Of a stretch of DNA of 64,000 nt, positions 1 to 9,141 are shown in pieces. The DNA is from Candidatus Taylorbacteria bacterium RIFCSPHIGHO2_01_FULL_51_15. GTDB lineage: Bacteria; Patescibacteriota; Minisyncoccia; Phycocordibacterales; UBA10002. The position numbers and the translations under genes were made by a program. Location: contig MHRI01000030.1 of the NCBI GenBank assembly GCA_001820935.1, positions 2,734-66,733 of the forward strand, read 5' to 3'. Position 1 is the stretch's first letter, and each line of letters begins with the position of its first letter. A model generated the notes under the pieces. That model made no database searches and had not been told where the DNA came from. It saw nothing but the letters and a program-made list of their open reading frames with translations.

Positions 1-220
1 AAAGCGAGCCGCTGAGGAACTAGGTATGCCGCTCGGCACCATTATCAATGCTTTTTTACGCCAACTCGGACGCGATAAGGAAATTGCATTTTCAGTGCCG
101 TATAAACCCACCAAGTACTTGGAGCGGATTATCGACGAAGCAGAACGCGAGTGGAAAGCGGGGAAAGCGGCTGGGCCCTTTGCGACCGTGGCGGATTTGC
201 GAAAGAGTCTGGAATCGTAG
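1..220 (+). CDS. RelB/DinJ-family antitoxin (5' partial)
   Basis: Frame is open from the window edge (KRAAEELGMPLGTIINAFLRQL, an RHH antitoxin pattern); acidic C-terminus ending 'GPFATVADLRKSL'; 3 nt upstream of the toxin. Confidence 0.75.
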   Translation, partial: KRAAEELGMPLGTIINAFLRQLGRDKEIAFSVPYKPTKYLERIIDEAEREWKAGKAAGPFATVADLRKSLES

Positions 221-223
221 GCC

Positions 224-478
224 ATGCTGTACTACTCCGCTCGGTTTCGAAAGCAGTGGAAACGCCTGCCATTAAAGGTCAGGGACGAAGCCGCTTTACG
301 TCTGGAGACTTTGCAAGTACATGAGTTTGACTCTCTTCTCAACAATCACAAGCTCTCTGGCAAGTACGCTGAGTACCGAAGCATAAACGTAACCGGAGAC
401 ATCCGCATCGCTTACAAGCGGGGGCCGGACGGTTTTTACTTGTTTGCCATCGGGACGCACAGCGAGTTGTATAAATAA
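224..478 (+). CDS. RelE/YafQ-family mRNA interferase toxin
   Basis: 84 aa basic protein with 'HKLSGKYAEYRSINVTGDIR' and C-terminal 'IGTHSELY', typical of YafQ/RelE. Confidence 0.85.
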   Translation: MLYYSARFRKQWKRLPLKVRDEAALRLETLQVHEFDSLLNNHKLSGKYAEYRSINVTGDIRIAYKRGPDGFYLFAIGTHSELYK

Positions 479-567
479 CTCTCAACCTTACCTATTCGAA
501 AAATGGTTCAAGAATGAGTATGATAGGGGAGCGCAGTTTGTGAAAGTAGTTGGAAACTTGTAGAAAT

Positions 568-1185
568 ATGAACCTAAAGCAGATCAGAGATAATTCGCTG
601 AAAAAAGCTTGGGAAATTGGTGTAGAAATCCCTCCGACCTTGCCTTTGCTTGATGCGAATTTGAAGATGAAGAATACAGAGGAGGTGATTTCCCAAATGT
701 TAGTCGTTCATACAATGGCTGCTGTTGCGTATGGTTTTGAAACAGAGAAAGCCATTGAGTGGTTAAGAAATGAGGGAATATCTTCCCGCCTAACAGCTCG
801 TGAATCCTTGTTTTTACAATCAGGTAAGGATTCCGAACGGTTCAAGCAACAGATTGAGGGGTTGTGGGCATTGGCTTGGGTAATGCGGATTTTTGAGGGG
901 AGTTTTGACTTCACGAAAGATTGCGATAGTAACTTTGTAAGACTTCTGCCGAATCTTAAAACAGAAAATGCGGCAAACTTTCGCAAGAAGATAAGTCCCC
1001 GACCGTTATTGGAAGTACTGGGTGTACTTGATCTATCTTATTGTTTGCATTGGGCAATTCGGCAATCAAAGTTATCAGGACAGTTGATACTCAAGTTAAA
1101 AGAAAGTGTTGTCCTGGAGCGAAGAAGGGCTTTAGAGTGGTTATTCAGCGCAGAAGGTTGGGACGAGATAACATTGGATACTTAA
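568..1185 (+). CDS. DUF4272-like hypothetical protein
   Basis: 'EGLWALAWV', 'LDLSYCLHWA' and 'ERRRALEWL...WDEITLDT' resemble DUF4272; ATG 568 chosen; locally AT-rich. Confidence 0.65.
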   Translation: MNLKQIRDNSLKKAWEIGVEIPPTLPLLDANLKMKNTEEVISQMLVVHTMAAVAYGFETEKAIEWLRNEGISSRLTARESLFLQSGKDSERFKQQIEGLWALAWVMRIFEGSFDFTKDCDSNFVRLLPNLKTENAANFRKKISPRPLLEVLGVLDLSYCLHWAIRQSKLSGQLILKLKESVVLERRRALEWLFSAEGWDEITLDT

Positions 1186-1187
1186 AA

Positions 1188-2600
1188 ATGGTGGATTTCT
1201 CAAAAACAAATACAGTGCATTTTGTAGGCGTAGGGGGTATAGGGACGTCCGCTATCGCGCGGATGTTTGTGCTGGAAGGGAAGCGAGTGAGCGGCTCCGA
1301 CATGGCGGAGGGCGAAGTGACCAAAGCACTACAAGAGGTTGGAGTTGTGGTATACGTTGGAGATGCGAAGAGTAACCTTCCGGCAGATTGCGATCTCGTG
1401 ATTTACACGATTGCCATCCCGAAAGACCATCCTGAATTAGTTGAAGCGAAAAAGCGAAGGATTCCAATACTTTCGTACCCCGAAGCGCTTGGCATCATTT
1501 CGAAAGAGAAATACACTATTGCCATCACCGGCACACACGGCAAGACCACGACGACCGCGATGGTCGCGAAGATTTTGATTGATGCTGGGATGGATCCGAC
1601 GGTGATTGTGGGGAGTTTTTTGTTGGATGTTCCACCCCTCCTTTCTAAGGAGGGGCAGGGGGCGGTAACTACCCCCTCGGAGTCTCCCCCTTGGAAAGGG
1701 GGAGAGGCAAGACGGACTAACTTTGTCGCGGGTAAAAGCAAGTACTTGGTAGTTGAGGGCTGTGAATACTGCCGGTCATTCCTCAATCTGCATCCGAATA
1801 TTTTAGTTATTACGAACATAGATGCCGACCACCTCGACTATTATAAAGATATGGAAGACATCGTCTCCGCGTTCGTCGAACTCTCCCGTAAACTCCCCAA
1901 CGACGGATACCTCATTCTTGATTCACACGCGCCAAATGTGCAGGCGGTCGTGAAGCAATCACACACACAAAATGGCGACTTCGCCGCTCTCAAGTTACCC
2001 GAAGGGTTCAAACTGCACATCCCGGGGGCGCACAATCTCCTCAACGCGAAGGCGGCACTGGCTGTCGCAAAGGTACTCGACATTCCGGATAAACAAGCGC
2101 TCCGGTCACTTTCCGCATTCCGAGGGACATGGCGGCGGTTCGAATATCGAGGTAAGGCGAAGAACGGGGCGCTCGTGTACGATGACTATGGACATCACCC
2201 GACCGAGATCGAAGCGACACTACGAGGAACCCGGGAGTTATTCCCTCTAAATAAAGTGAGCGCTTCTGGGGGGTTGTCGCCTAAAATCGTCGTTGTATTC
2301 CAACCCCACCTTTATTCGCGCACGAAGCAGCATCTCCAAGGATTCGGCGTAGCGTTCAAAGGGGCGACGAACGTGATACTCCTTCCTATCTATCCTGCGA
2401 GGGAAGAAGATCCTGGCGGCATCAATTCACAGATGGTAGTGGATGAAGTGAAAAAAAACGGCAAAAACGCGCATCTCGTTAAGACTTTCGACGAGGCGGC
2501 AAAACTTGCCGTAGAGCTCTGCGGAGCCGGGGATGTAATCGTTACCCTTGGAGCGGGGGAGACAAACAAAGTTGCGGACATACTCGTTAGTAATAAGTAG
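1188..2600 (+). CDS. murC: UDP-N-acetylmuramate--L-alanine ligase, with a ~27-aa palindrome-derived insertion
   Basis: HFVGVGGIGTSAIA, ITGTHGKTTTT, TNIDADHLDYY, DDYGHHPTEI and FQPHLYSRT motifs; ATG 1188. Confidence 0.95.
   Translation: MVDFSKTNTVHFVGVGGIGTSAIARMFVLEGKRVSGSDMAEGEVTKALQEVGVVVYVGDAKSNLPADCDLVIYTIAIPKDHPELVEAKKRRIPILSYPEALGIISKEKYTIAITGTHGKTTTTAMVAKILIDAGMDPTVIVGSFLLDVPPLLSKEGQGAVTTPSESPPWKGGEARRTNFVAGKSKYLVVEGCEYCRSFLNLHPNILVITNIDADHLDYYKDMEDIVSAFVELSRKLPNDGYLILDSHAPNVQAVVKQSHTQNGDFAALKLPEGFKLHIPGAHNLLNAKAALAVAKVLDIPDKQALRSLSAFRGTWRRFEYRGKAKNGALVYDDYGHHPTEIEATLRGTRELFPLNKVSASGGLSPKIVVVFQPHLYSRTKQHLQGFGVAFKGATNVILLPIYPAREEDPGGINSQMVVDEVKKNGKNAHLVKTFDEAAKLAVELCGAGDVIVTLGAGETNKVADILVSNK
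1635..1705. repeat. Triple-hairpin GC-rich palindromic element inside murC
   Basis: CCCCTCCTT-tct-AAGGAGGGG (1635-1655), AGGGGG..CCCCCT (1657-1677) and TCTCCCCCTT-gga-AAGGGGGAGA (1683-1705). Confidence 0.85.
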
Positions 2601-2614
2601 CTAGTAGTTAGTAG
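2587..2614. repeat. Degenerate heptamer tandem repeat spanning the murC stop
   Basis: ttagtaa-taagtag-ctagtag-ttagtag. Confidence 0.6.
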
Positions 2615-2620
2615 AGAGAC

Positions 2621-3295
2621 ATGGCCACACTTTACATCGTCGGAACACCGATAGGGAACCTGGAAGACGTGACGCTAAGAGCGTTACGGATCTTAAAAGA
2701 AGCTGACGTTATCTTGTGTGAAGATAAGCGTGTCACTAAGCGACTTCTGGATAAATACGAAATAGCTGGGAGGGAGCTCGCGACTTACAATGAACAGCAA
2801 AGTGGAGTGGCGTCAGGAAAGATCATCGGCTGGCTGGAAGAAGGGAAGAACGTCGCGCTCGTCACGGACGCGGGCACGCCGGGAATTTCCGACCCGGGCT
2901 CAATGCTGGTCCAAAAAGTCCGTGAGGTACTACCGGACGCGAAAATAGAATCGGTGCCGGGGCCGAGCGCACTCACCGGTGCGCTCTCCATCGCAGGCGT
3001 GCCGGTGCATGACTTCGTATTCTTAGGATTCCTCCCGCACAAAAAAGGGAGGGAAACACTCTTTAAAGAGATCGCAATGTCAGAGCGTACGGTCGTGTTC
3101 TATGAATCTCCCCATCGGATATTGAAAACGCTTGAATCACTTGAGAAATTCGCGCCCGCAAAGAATATCACGATTGCCCGGGAGCTTACGAAAATACACG
3201 AAGAGGTAAAAAGCGGCTCCGCCGAGGAGCTTCTTAAGTTTTTCAAAGAAAATCCGGACAAAGTCAGAGGCGAATTCGTGGTGATTGTTTTCTAG
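2621..3295 (+). CDS. rsmI: 16S rRNA (cytidine1402-2'-O)-methyltransferase
   Basis: LYIVGTPIGNLEDVTLRAL, VTDAGTPGISDPG, FYESPHR and ARELTKIHEE motifs. Confidence 0.95.
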   Translation: MATLYIVGTPIGNLEDVTLRALRILKEADVILCEDKRVTKRLLDKYEIAGRELATYNEQQSGVASGKIIGWLEEGKNVALVTDAGTPGISDPGSMLVQKVREVLPDAKIESVPGPSALTGALSIAGVPVHDFVFLGFLPHKKGRETLFKEIAMSERTVVFYESPHRILKTLESLEKFAPAKNITIARELTKIHEEVKSGSAEELLKFFKENPDKVRGEFVVIVF

Positions 3296-3312
3296 TCGAA
3301 TTTACAAAAGAG

Positions 3313-3368
3313 AAATCCCTCCTTCGATAAGAATCGAAGTGCTCCCTTTGGGAAAGGGAGAATTAAGA
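3313..3368. repeat. Intergenic palindromic repeat, copy of 14468-14525; possible terminator between convergent genes
   Basis: aaatccctcc-[hairpin]-gtgctcccttt(g/a)ggaaagggagaattaaga is shared with 14468-14525. Confidence 0.85.
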
Positions 3369-3716
3369 CAAAAGTGTGTCGATCTTTGCGGCCAGAATAA
3401 AATCATTTTCGGAAAGGCCGTCTATGGCGTGAGTAAATGACGTAATCTCCGCGTAGCCCCAGCCAAAAGTGATATCCGGGTGGTGACTCTCCGATTCGGC
3501 GAGGGATCCCACTTTGGTCACGAAAACGAGCGCTTCGGCGAAATTTTTGAAAGTGAATCGGCGCTTCAAATGATGATAGTCCACGATCTCCCAGTGCTCA
3601 ACTTGTTTATAAAGCTCCTCTATTTCGTTGGCCATGAGGTGAGCCCCGCTCGCCCCGGGACCGACTTCACAAGGCACGCATTTTTTGTTGGATAGATTTT
3701 GCATGTGATTCTTCAT
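3363..3716 (-). CDS. Pterin-4-alpha-carbinolamine dehydratase family protein
   Basis: 'FTFKNFAEALVFV..VG.LAESESHHPDI', 'THAIDGLSENDFILAAKID'. Confidence 0.9.
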   Translation of the reverse strand: MKNHMQNLSNKKCVPCEVGPGASGAHLMANEIEELYKQVEHWEIVDYHHLKRRFTFKNFAEALVFVTKVGSLAESESHHPDITFGWGYAEITSFTHAIDGLSENDFILAAKIDTLLS

Positions 3717-3744
3717 GACAGTCTAATTAGTGAAACAGTATAGC

Positions 3745-3776
3745 AAAAAAGCGCGCCATCCGATATGACGCGCTTT
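3745..3776 (-). terminator. Probable intrinsic terminator of the 3792-4301 gene
   Basis: aaaaaagcgcg...cgcgcttt stem with a U-tract on the minus strand. Confidence 0.5.
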
Positions 3777-3791
3777 GCGTTAAAGGAGAAT

Positions 3792-4301
3792 CTACAATTT
3801 CTCCAGAAGATCTGAGACTTCTTCTACGGAATCGAGAAGTATAGCCTCGAGTGAAAGCGGTGGGGTGTCTGTTGCTCCCGATTCAAGATTTTCATGTTTG
3901 CTTCCCAGGTAGAGCCTCCGTAATTTTCGGTGCGTGGCTTCAATAAGTTCCGGCTCCGATAGGTAGTACTGCTCTGGATGGAAGCGTCTTACCCATCGTG
4001 CATGCCAGACTGATGTGGGGTCAGTGTCGATTTTTACGAGCTCAATCCATTTGCATTTACATCTTGCAAACGTGAGTTTAATTGGACGTCGTATAAACCA
4101 ACGCCATTTACCCTCGGGACTTTTGTATGAGATTACCTCATCGAGTGGAAGCAATATCTTGTGGATCCGAGTAACGAACGTGCAGCCACATTCCTTTCTT
4201 CGGCAACGACGTGAAATGCGTTTTGATAGGCGGTAGGAGAACCAAAGGAGCGCAAAGAAGCAACACGCTGAAAGCGCACCGAGGAAGAAATCAGTCTTCA
4301 T
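3792..4301 (-). CDS. Hypothetical protein with N-terminal TM helix and Cys clusters
   Basis: 169-aa ORF; hydrophobic N-terminus; CxxxxCxC and CxC clusters; downstream terminator-like stem. Confidence 0.5.
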   Translation of the reverse strand: MKTDFFLGALSACCFFALLWFSYRLSKRISRRCRRKECGCTFVTRIHKILLPLDEVISYKSPEGKWRWFIRRPIKLTFARCKCKWIELVKIDTDPTSVWHARWVRRFHPEQYYLSEPELIEATHRKLRRLYLGSKHENLESGATDTPPLSLEAILLDSVEEVSDLLEKL

Positions 4302-4388
4302 ATCTGGGCATAGTATACATAAAAAAGAACAAAATAGTTATGGTCTATTTTTTAGCATGTTTAGTGGAGCTGTACTATACTAGAGGGC

Positions 4389-4619
4389 ATGCGTAAATAT
4401 AGCGTGCACGTTTGGCTTGTGGTGTTTCTCCTCCTTCTCCCATTCTTAGGGATTCCTACAGGTTGGAAGAAGACACTTGCGATACTGACGCTTCTTTTTA
4501 TCGCCGTTCGCGTACTTCTCTCGCACTCTCGGCATTACCTTGAGAAAGATGAGATGTTTTCTGAAGCAGAGCACAAGGTCGAAGGTGCTTCCCAAGAACA
4601 GTCGATCTCCCATGACTAG
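4389..4619 (+). CDS. Small two-TM membrane protein
   Basis: 'LLLLPFLGIPTGWKKTL' hairpin membrane pattern with acidic tail. Confidence 0.6.
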   Translation: MRKYSVHVWLVVFLLLLPFLGIPTGWKKTLAILTLLFIAVRVLLSHSRHYLEKDEMFSEAEHKVEGASQEQSISHD

Positions 4620-4644
4620 ATTTTCTTCGTTGCGCTAGAACATC

Positions 4645-5946
4645 ATGCCCGCCTTTCCACGTCGGCGAAAGACTCCTTACATTGGTGTCTTCAGAAAAAC
4701 ACCTTTCCTTTGCGCGATCATCGCCATCTTCTCGGTCGGACTCTATTTCGGGTTACCACTCGTGCTGAAGAAGAGTTATCAGCCTTTACTCCCCGCCGCC
4801 GCGGGCGAAGCGGTTCTCGAAGCGGCAATGACCCCCGCCGTCATCCACCTCAAAACGCCGATGCCGCAAAAGGCCATTTATATGACAAGTTGTGTCGTTG
4901 GCACACCCTCTTTTCGTCATGATCTCGTGAGCCTTGTCGAAGAAACGGAAATAAACAGCCTTGTGATTGATATCAAAGATTACTCGGGCATGCTCTCATT
5001 CACCCCAAAGGGGGAAGCACTAAAGGAGTTTATATCGACGAGGTGTATGGCTCCGGACATGCAAGAGTTTATACAAACGCTCCACGAAAAAGGGATTTAT
5101 GTCATTGGACGTATCACCGTGTTTCAAGATCCATTTCTCGCGAAACGGCGGCCTGATCTTGCCGTAAAGAAGGCGAGTAATGGCACGACGTGGCAGGATT
5201 ATAAAGGCATTAGCTTTACCGATCCCGGTGCAGAGGAGGTGTGGAAGCATATTGTCGACATCTCAAAGGAAGCTTACGCGATCGGCTTTGACGAACTCAA
5301 TTTTGATTACATCCGGTTTCCTTCTGACGGGCCTATGTCGGACATTGCCTTCCCCTGGAGCGAGAGTCGCAAAAAGGCTGACGTGCTGGAAGATTTCTTC
5401 GCCTACCTTTCAAAGGAGCTTCGGCCCATGGGGATCGTACTCTCCGCTGACCTATTCGGCATGACCACGACGAACACTGACGATCTCAACATCGGCCAGG
5501 TGCTTGAGAGAGCCGCGCCGCACTTCGACTATATCGCGCCGATGGTCTACCCTTCGCATTACCCTCCGAGGTTTAATGGCTGGGCGAATCCGAACGAGTA
5601 CCCCTATGATGTCGTTAAGTTCTCCATGGGAAGCGCCGTGAAGCGTTTTCTCGCCACCTCCACGCCTGTCGCGCTTCGCGGGGTAGAGCCGATTGCTTCT
5701 ACGACGCTCCCGCAAAGCTCTGTCGCGGGGCAAGCTCCGCTACTCTATCCTAAAGAATCATGGAATCCGGAGAAGCTCCGGCCCTGGCTTCAGGATTTTG
5801 ACTATGGCGGCAACTACGATATCGCGGAAGTTAAAGCCCAGATTACGGCGGTGTATGACGCGGGACTCACAAGTTGGATGCTCTGGGCTCCGTCGAATCG
5901 ATACACAAAGGGGGCCTTGGAAGGCGAGCAAGTATTGACGGATTAG
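4645..5946 (+). CDS. Putative glycoside hydrolase (DUF4015-like), membrane-anchored
   Basis: NSLVIDIKDYSG, GRITVFQD, GFDELNFDYIRFP, PMVYPSHY and RPWLQDF motifs; N-terminal TM. Confidence 0.8.
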   Translation: MPAFPRRRKTPYIGVFRKTPFLCAIIAIFSVGLYFGLPLVLKKSYQPLLPAAAGEAVLEAAMTPAVIHLKTPMPQKAIYMTSCVVGTPSFRHDLVSLVEETEINSLVIDIKDYSGMLSFTPKGEALKEFISTRCMAPDMQEFIQTLHEKGIYVIGRITVFQDPFLAKRRPDLAVKKASNGTTWQDYKGISFTDPGAEEVWKHIVDISKEAYAIGFDELNFDYIRFPSDGPMSDIAFPWSESRKKADVLEDFFAYLSKELRPMGIVLSADLFGMTTTNTDDLNIGQVLERAAPHFDYIAPMVYPSHYPPRFNGWANPNEYPYDVVKFSMGSAVKRFLATSTPVALRGVEPIASTTLPQSSVAGQAPLLYPKESWNPEKLRPWLQDFDYGGNYDIAEVKAQITAVYDAGLTSWMLWAPSNRYTKGALEGEQVLTD

Positions 5947-6090
5947 ACTTCCTGTACTGTATAGATTTGCGCACATTGAGGGATTTTGGGCCATAGTGTA
6001 GCCTTGCTATAGTGCTCGCAACACCTCGGTTCGCTGATCTGCCAGCGGTCCGAGAAGGGATCACCCACAACCAAACCTCATACTAAACGT

Positions 6091-6459
6091 ATGCAAAAAC
6101 CCACCGGTGACGCAGAAGTGGATGCGTCGGTTGGACAGGCGCCTCTCTTTGAGGCGGTCGAGGAGTACAAGCGCGGACGGCAATTGGAGCCAGGGGATCG
6201 GCTGCGCCTACTCAAGGTAATCAACCCGACGCTAGGCCTCGAGCGTGCTGTGCTCGCGGTCAAGGCGTTTAGCCAGGGTACATTCACGAAGGCCGTGGTC
6301 GAAGCATGGCTCTTCTTCGGGAATCACTGGTTCCAAACACTACGAAGTTGGTTTCTCATGCAGGTCCGCCGAATTCGTCTTTCGACGGCAGATCTGCTTT
6401 TGCCGGAGCGCAAGAGCCACTTCATCGTCCTCACGCGCCATCACGTGTTTTGCGCGTAG
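6091..6459 (+). CDS. Hypothetical protein
   Basis: 122-aa ORF with an extended -10 (TGcTATAGT 6005-6013) upstream and a terminator at 6510. Confidence 0.4.
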   Translation: MQKPTGDAEVDASVGQAPLFEAVEEYKRGRQLEPGDRLRLLKVINPTLGLERAVLAVKAFSQGTFTKAVVEAWLFFGNHWFQTLRSWFLMQVRRIRLSTADLLLPERKSHFIVLTRHHVFCA

Positions 6460-6509
6460 GTGGAATCAGCAGTTTAGAGTTCAGTCGCGCTAGGAAATGC
6501 GACCCACAG

Positions 6510-6542
6510 CCTCTCTCGTCGTTTCGCGAGAGAGGTTCTTTT
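6510..6542 (+). terminator. Intrinsic terminator
   Basis: cctctctcg...cgagagagg followed by ttctttt. Confidence 0.7.
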
Positions 6543-6719
6543 ATGCACGTTCTCTAGACACACATTCTTTTCTATAGTAAGCTACGAATCCAGTAGCGTC
6601 TTTACTCCGGTCTTCATGTGCGCGCCGACAGCGTTTGCCGGCTACCAAAGCACGGGAGTCTGGGGACGCGAAGCTCTTGCGGGTATCCAATGTATGGACC
6701 CCGCGAACAATAAAAAGTT

Positions 6720-7034
6720 ATGGCAGCACGACTGGATCGTTTGGAACGTTTGTTTACACAATCCGACACAGACGCCGAGGCCAACAATTACTTAACGTGG
6801 GACCATCTGCGTGAGGCGGTGAAAAAACCGAGCCGCGAGCAAATTTTAGCTCTGCCGCTACACGAACGGACGAATGTGCCCATCGCCTTCGTTGAGGCGG
6901 CGAAGATTGACTATGTCCCCGGGCCACCTGGCTTGCCCCAATTTGTCGGCTCTGCGGACGAGGTCGCGCAGTATCGAGCAGGTTTGGCTGACCTCAGTGT
7001 GGGCACGGGGAATCGTAGCCGATGGAGGTCCTAA
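6720..7034 (+). CDS. Hypothetical protein, possibly a fragment
   Basis: 104-aa ORF after an A-rich spacer; no family recognised. Confidence 0.35.
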   Translation: MAARLDRLERLFTQSDTDAEANNYLTWDHLREAVKKPSREQILALPLHERTNVPIAFVEAAKIDYVPGPPGLPQFVGSADEVAQYRAGLADLSVGTGNRSRWRS

Positions 7035-7128
7035 TCTCGCCATTCTCTCGTCGGTATTTTCGGGTGCGGCTAAGAATTGGCCGCACCTTTTCATTTTTCT
7101 GCCCACAAAAGGTATACTATTGGAGTAT

Positions 7129-9072
7129 ATGGCCCTCCATTCTCAAAGCAAGCCCGAACCTATTACCTACTTTGGGCAGACCGACTCTCGAGGAAAGCGC
7201 GTCCCCTTCGGTATCAAGGAGCGGGACCGATCGCGGCACATGTACGTGATCGGGAAGACCGGCATGGGCAAGTCCACCTTGCTTGAAAACATGGCGATTC
7301 AGGATATCCGCAATAACCACGGGGTATGCTTTATCGACCCTCACGGAAAGACCGCGGACCTCCTCCTTGACTACGTTCCCGAGCACCGCTTGAAGGATGT
7401 CCTCTATTTCGCGCCTTTCGACATGGACTTTCCGGTGGCCTTCAACATCATGGAGGATGTGGGTCCTGACAAGCGGCATCTTGTGGTCAACGGTCTCATG
7501 GCCACTTTCGAAAAAATCTGGGTGGACGCGTGGAGCGCGCGCATGGCCTACATCTTACAAAACACACTCCTCGCTCTTCTTGAATATCCTGACTCGACAC
7601 TCCTTGGCGTGAACCGGATGCTCGTCGATAAAGAATATCGAAAACTCGTGGTGAATAATGTTTCCGACCCGTCGGTCAAATCCTTTTGGGTTGATGAATT
7701 CGCGAAGTACACCGATCGCTACACTCAAGAAGCAACACCTGCGATCCAAAACAAAGTAGGTCAATTTACCTCGAATCCGCTCATCCGCAATATCGTGGGA
7801 CAGTCGAAATCCACCTTCGATCTTCGAAAGCTCATGGACGAGCACAAGATCATTATCGTGAACCTCTCAAAGGGAAAGGTGGGCGAGGGGAACGCGAACC
7901 TCCTCGGGAGCATGTTTATCACGAAGGTCTATCTTGCCGCGATGTCTCGCGCGGACGTCACGGAACAGGAACTTCAGAAACTTCCGAATTTTTATCTCTA
8001 CGTCGACGAGTTTCAATCATTCGCCAATAAAAGTTTTGCCGATATTCTCTCCGAGGCTCGAAAGTACAAACTTAATCTCACGCTCGCGCATCAATACATC
8101 GAGCAGATGGAGGAAGAGGTGCGTGCGGCAGTCTTTGGGAACGTCGGCACCATGGCGGTCTTTCGGGTAGGCGCGTTTGACGCGGAATTTTTAGAAAAAG
8201 AATTCGCGCCCGCGCTTCTCGCGGAGGACCTCGTGAACTTAGGCATCTATCAGATCTACCTTAAGCTCATGATCGACGGCGTAACCTCGCCTCCATTCTC
8301 GGCAGTCACTATTCCTCCGATTGAGAGACAGCCAAAGTCTTATCGTGAAGAAGTGCTCGCGCATTCTCGGACGACTTTCGCGCGCCCGCGCGAAATCGTG
8401 GAGAATGAGATAAAGGAATGGCACGCGCCGATACTGCCACCTCCTAAGGAGCGTAAGGAACCCTCACTTCGTGCAGGAGAGACCCCTCGAGAACCTGAAC
8501 GAAATCCGCCTGTGGCTGCGGCTTCGCCTTCACCGCAAGAACCGCCCCGAGCGCCCCTGTCCGCAAGGCCACTCTCGCCGCCTCCACGCGCGCCCGAGAG
8601 ACGTTCCGCTGTTCCCCCAGAGGCTCGGACTCACCCTCGAACCCCACCTTCACCTACGCCTCCGATTTCGCTCTCGAATCTTCGGCGAGGGGCCAAAAAA
8701 GAACACACGTCCCAAGGACCTCGTTCTCTCGGAGGTGAGGATGCGCGCCGATCCGAACTTCGTAAAGCGCTTTTGGCGGTTCTCGAGTCACCCTCAAAGA
8801 CTCTTGGAGAAGTAAAGAGTTCCGGCCCGCCAGAACTTACCCCAGAGCGTTCTTCGCCCCTCACGTTGCAGACTTCTCCCGAGAGCCTTTCACCGAAAGG
8901 CAAAGAGCAAAGGGAAGCGAGCACCTCCGTCCGAAAAGCTTCCGTGTCGCCGCAAGGAGGGGAGAGAAGTGAGATTCCCGAAGACTTGCTTCGCCAGCTT
9001 CTTACGGTAGAGGTCCCTCCCCAAAGACCTAAAACGCCGCCTCACGCTCCTCCACCGCGCACGCAACCTTAG
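7129..9072 (+). CDS. VirD4/TraD/HerA-like coupling-protein ATPase with Pro-rich C-terminal tail
   Basis: Walker A 'HMYVIGKTGMGKSTLL', IDPHG, Walker B 'LYVDEFQ', 'LSEARKY.L.LTLAHQY'; ATG 7129. Confidence 0.85.
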   Translation: MALHSQSKPEPITYFGQTDSRGKRVPFGIKERDRSRHMYVIGKTGMGKSTLLENMAIQDIRNNHGVCFIDPHGKTADLLLDYVPEHRLKDVLYFAPFDMDFPVAFNIMEDVGPDKRHLVVNGLMATFEKIWVDAWSARMAYILQNTLLALLEYPDSTLLGVNRMLVDKEYRKLVVNNVSDPSVKSFWVDEFAKYTDRYTQEATPAIQNKVGQFTSNPLIRNIVGQSKSTFDLRKLMDEHKIIIVNLSKGKVGEGNANLLGSMFITKVYLAAMSRADVTEQELQKLPNFYLYVDEFQSFANKSFADILSEARKYKLNLTLAHQYIEQMEEEVRAAVFGNVGTMAVFRVGAFDAEFLEKEFAPALLAEDLVNLGIYQIYLKLMIDGVTSPPFSAVTIPPIERQPKSYREEVLAHSRTTFARPREIVENEIKEWHAPILPPPKERKEPSLRAGETPREPERNPPVAAASPSPQEPPRAPLSARPLSPPPRAPERRSAVPPEARTHPRTPPSPTPPISLSNLRRGAKKEHTSQGPRSLGGEDARRSELRKALLAVLESPSKTLGEVKSSGPPELTPERSSPLTLQTSPESLSPKGKEQREASTSVRKASVSPQGGERSEIPEDLLRQLLTVEVPPQRPKTPPHAPPPRTQP

Positions 9073-9141
9073 CCGCTAGCTCGCTTTCCCGTGACATTTC
9101 GCGCTCGGACAAGTTTACCTCCACACTTTTTGTCCCAGAGT

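Noticed and set aside
1041-1187. Long N-terminal extensions in the ORF track (murC, ATPase 6874, asnB 18442, 48235 and others)
   Set aside because: They overlap upstream genes or precede the family's conserved N-terminus (e.g. asnB needs Met-Cys); downstream ATGs were chosen.
5706-5731. Small in-frame hairpin in the DUF4015-like gene (TLPQSSVAGQA) and 'SASGG' in murC near 2258-2275
   Set aside because: They resemble short repeat-derived inserts but are too short and degenerate to support without orthologue alignments.
6640-6700. c-di-GMP-I riboswitch (GGGACGCgAAGC resemblance)
   Set aside because: The upstream GGCAAAC and GNRA-capped P2 stem are absent; only a short partial match.
7129-9072. 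Conjugative element / ICE
   Set aside because: No relaxase, VirB4, integrase or att sites seen.
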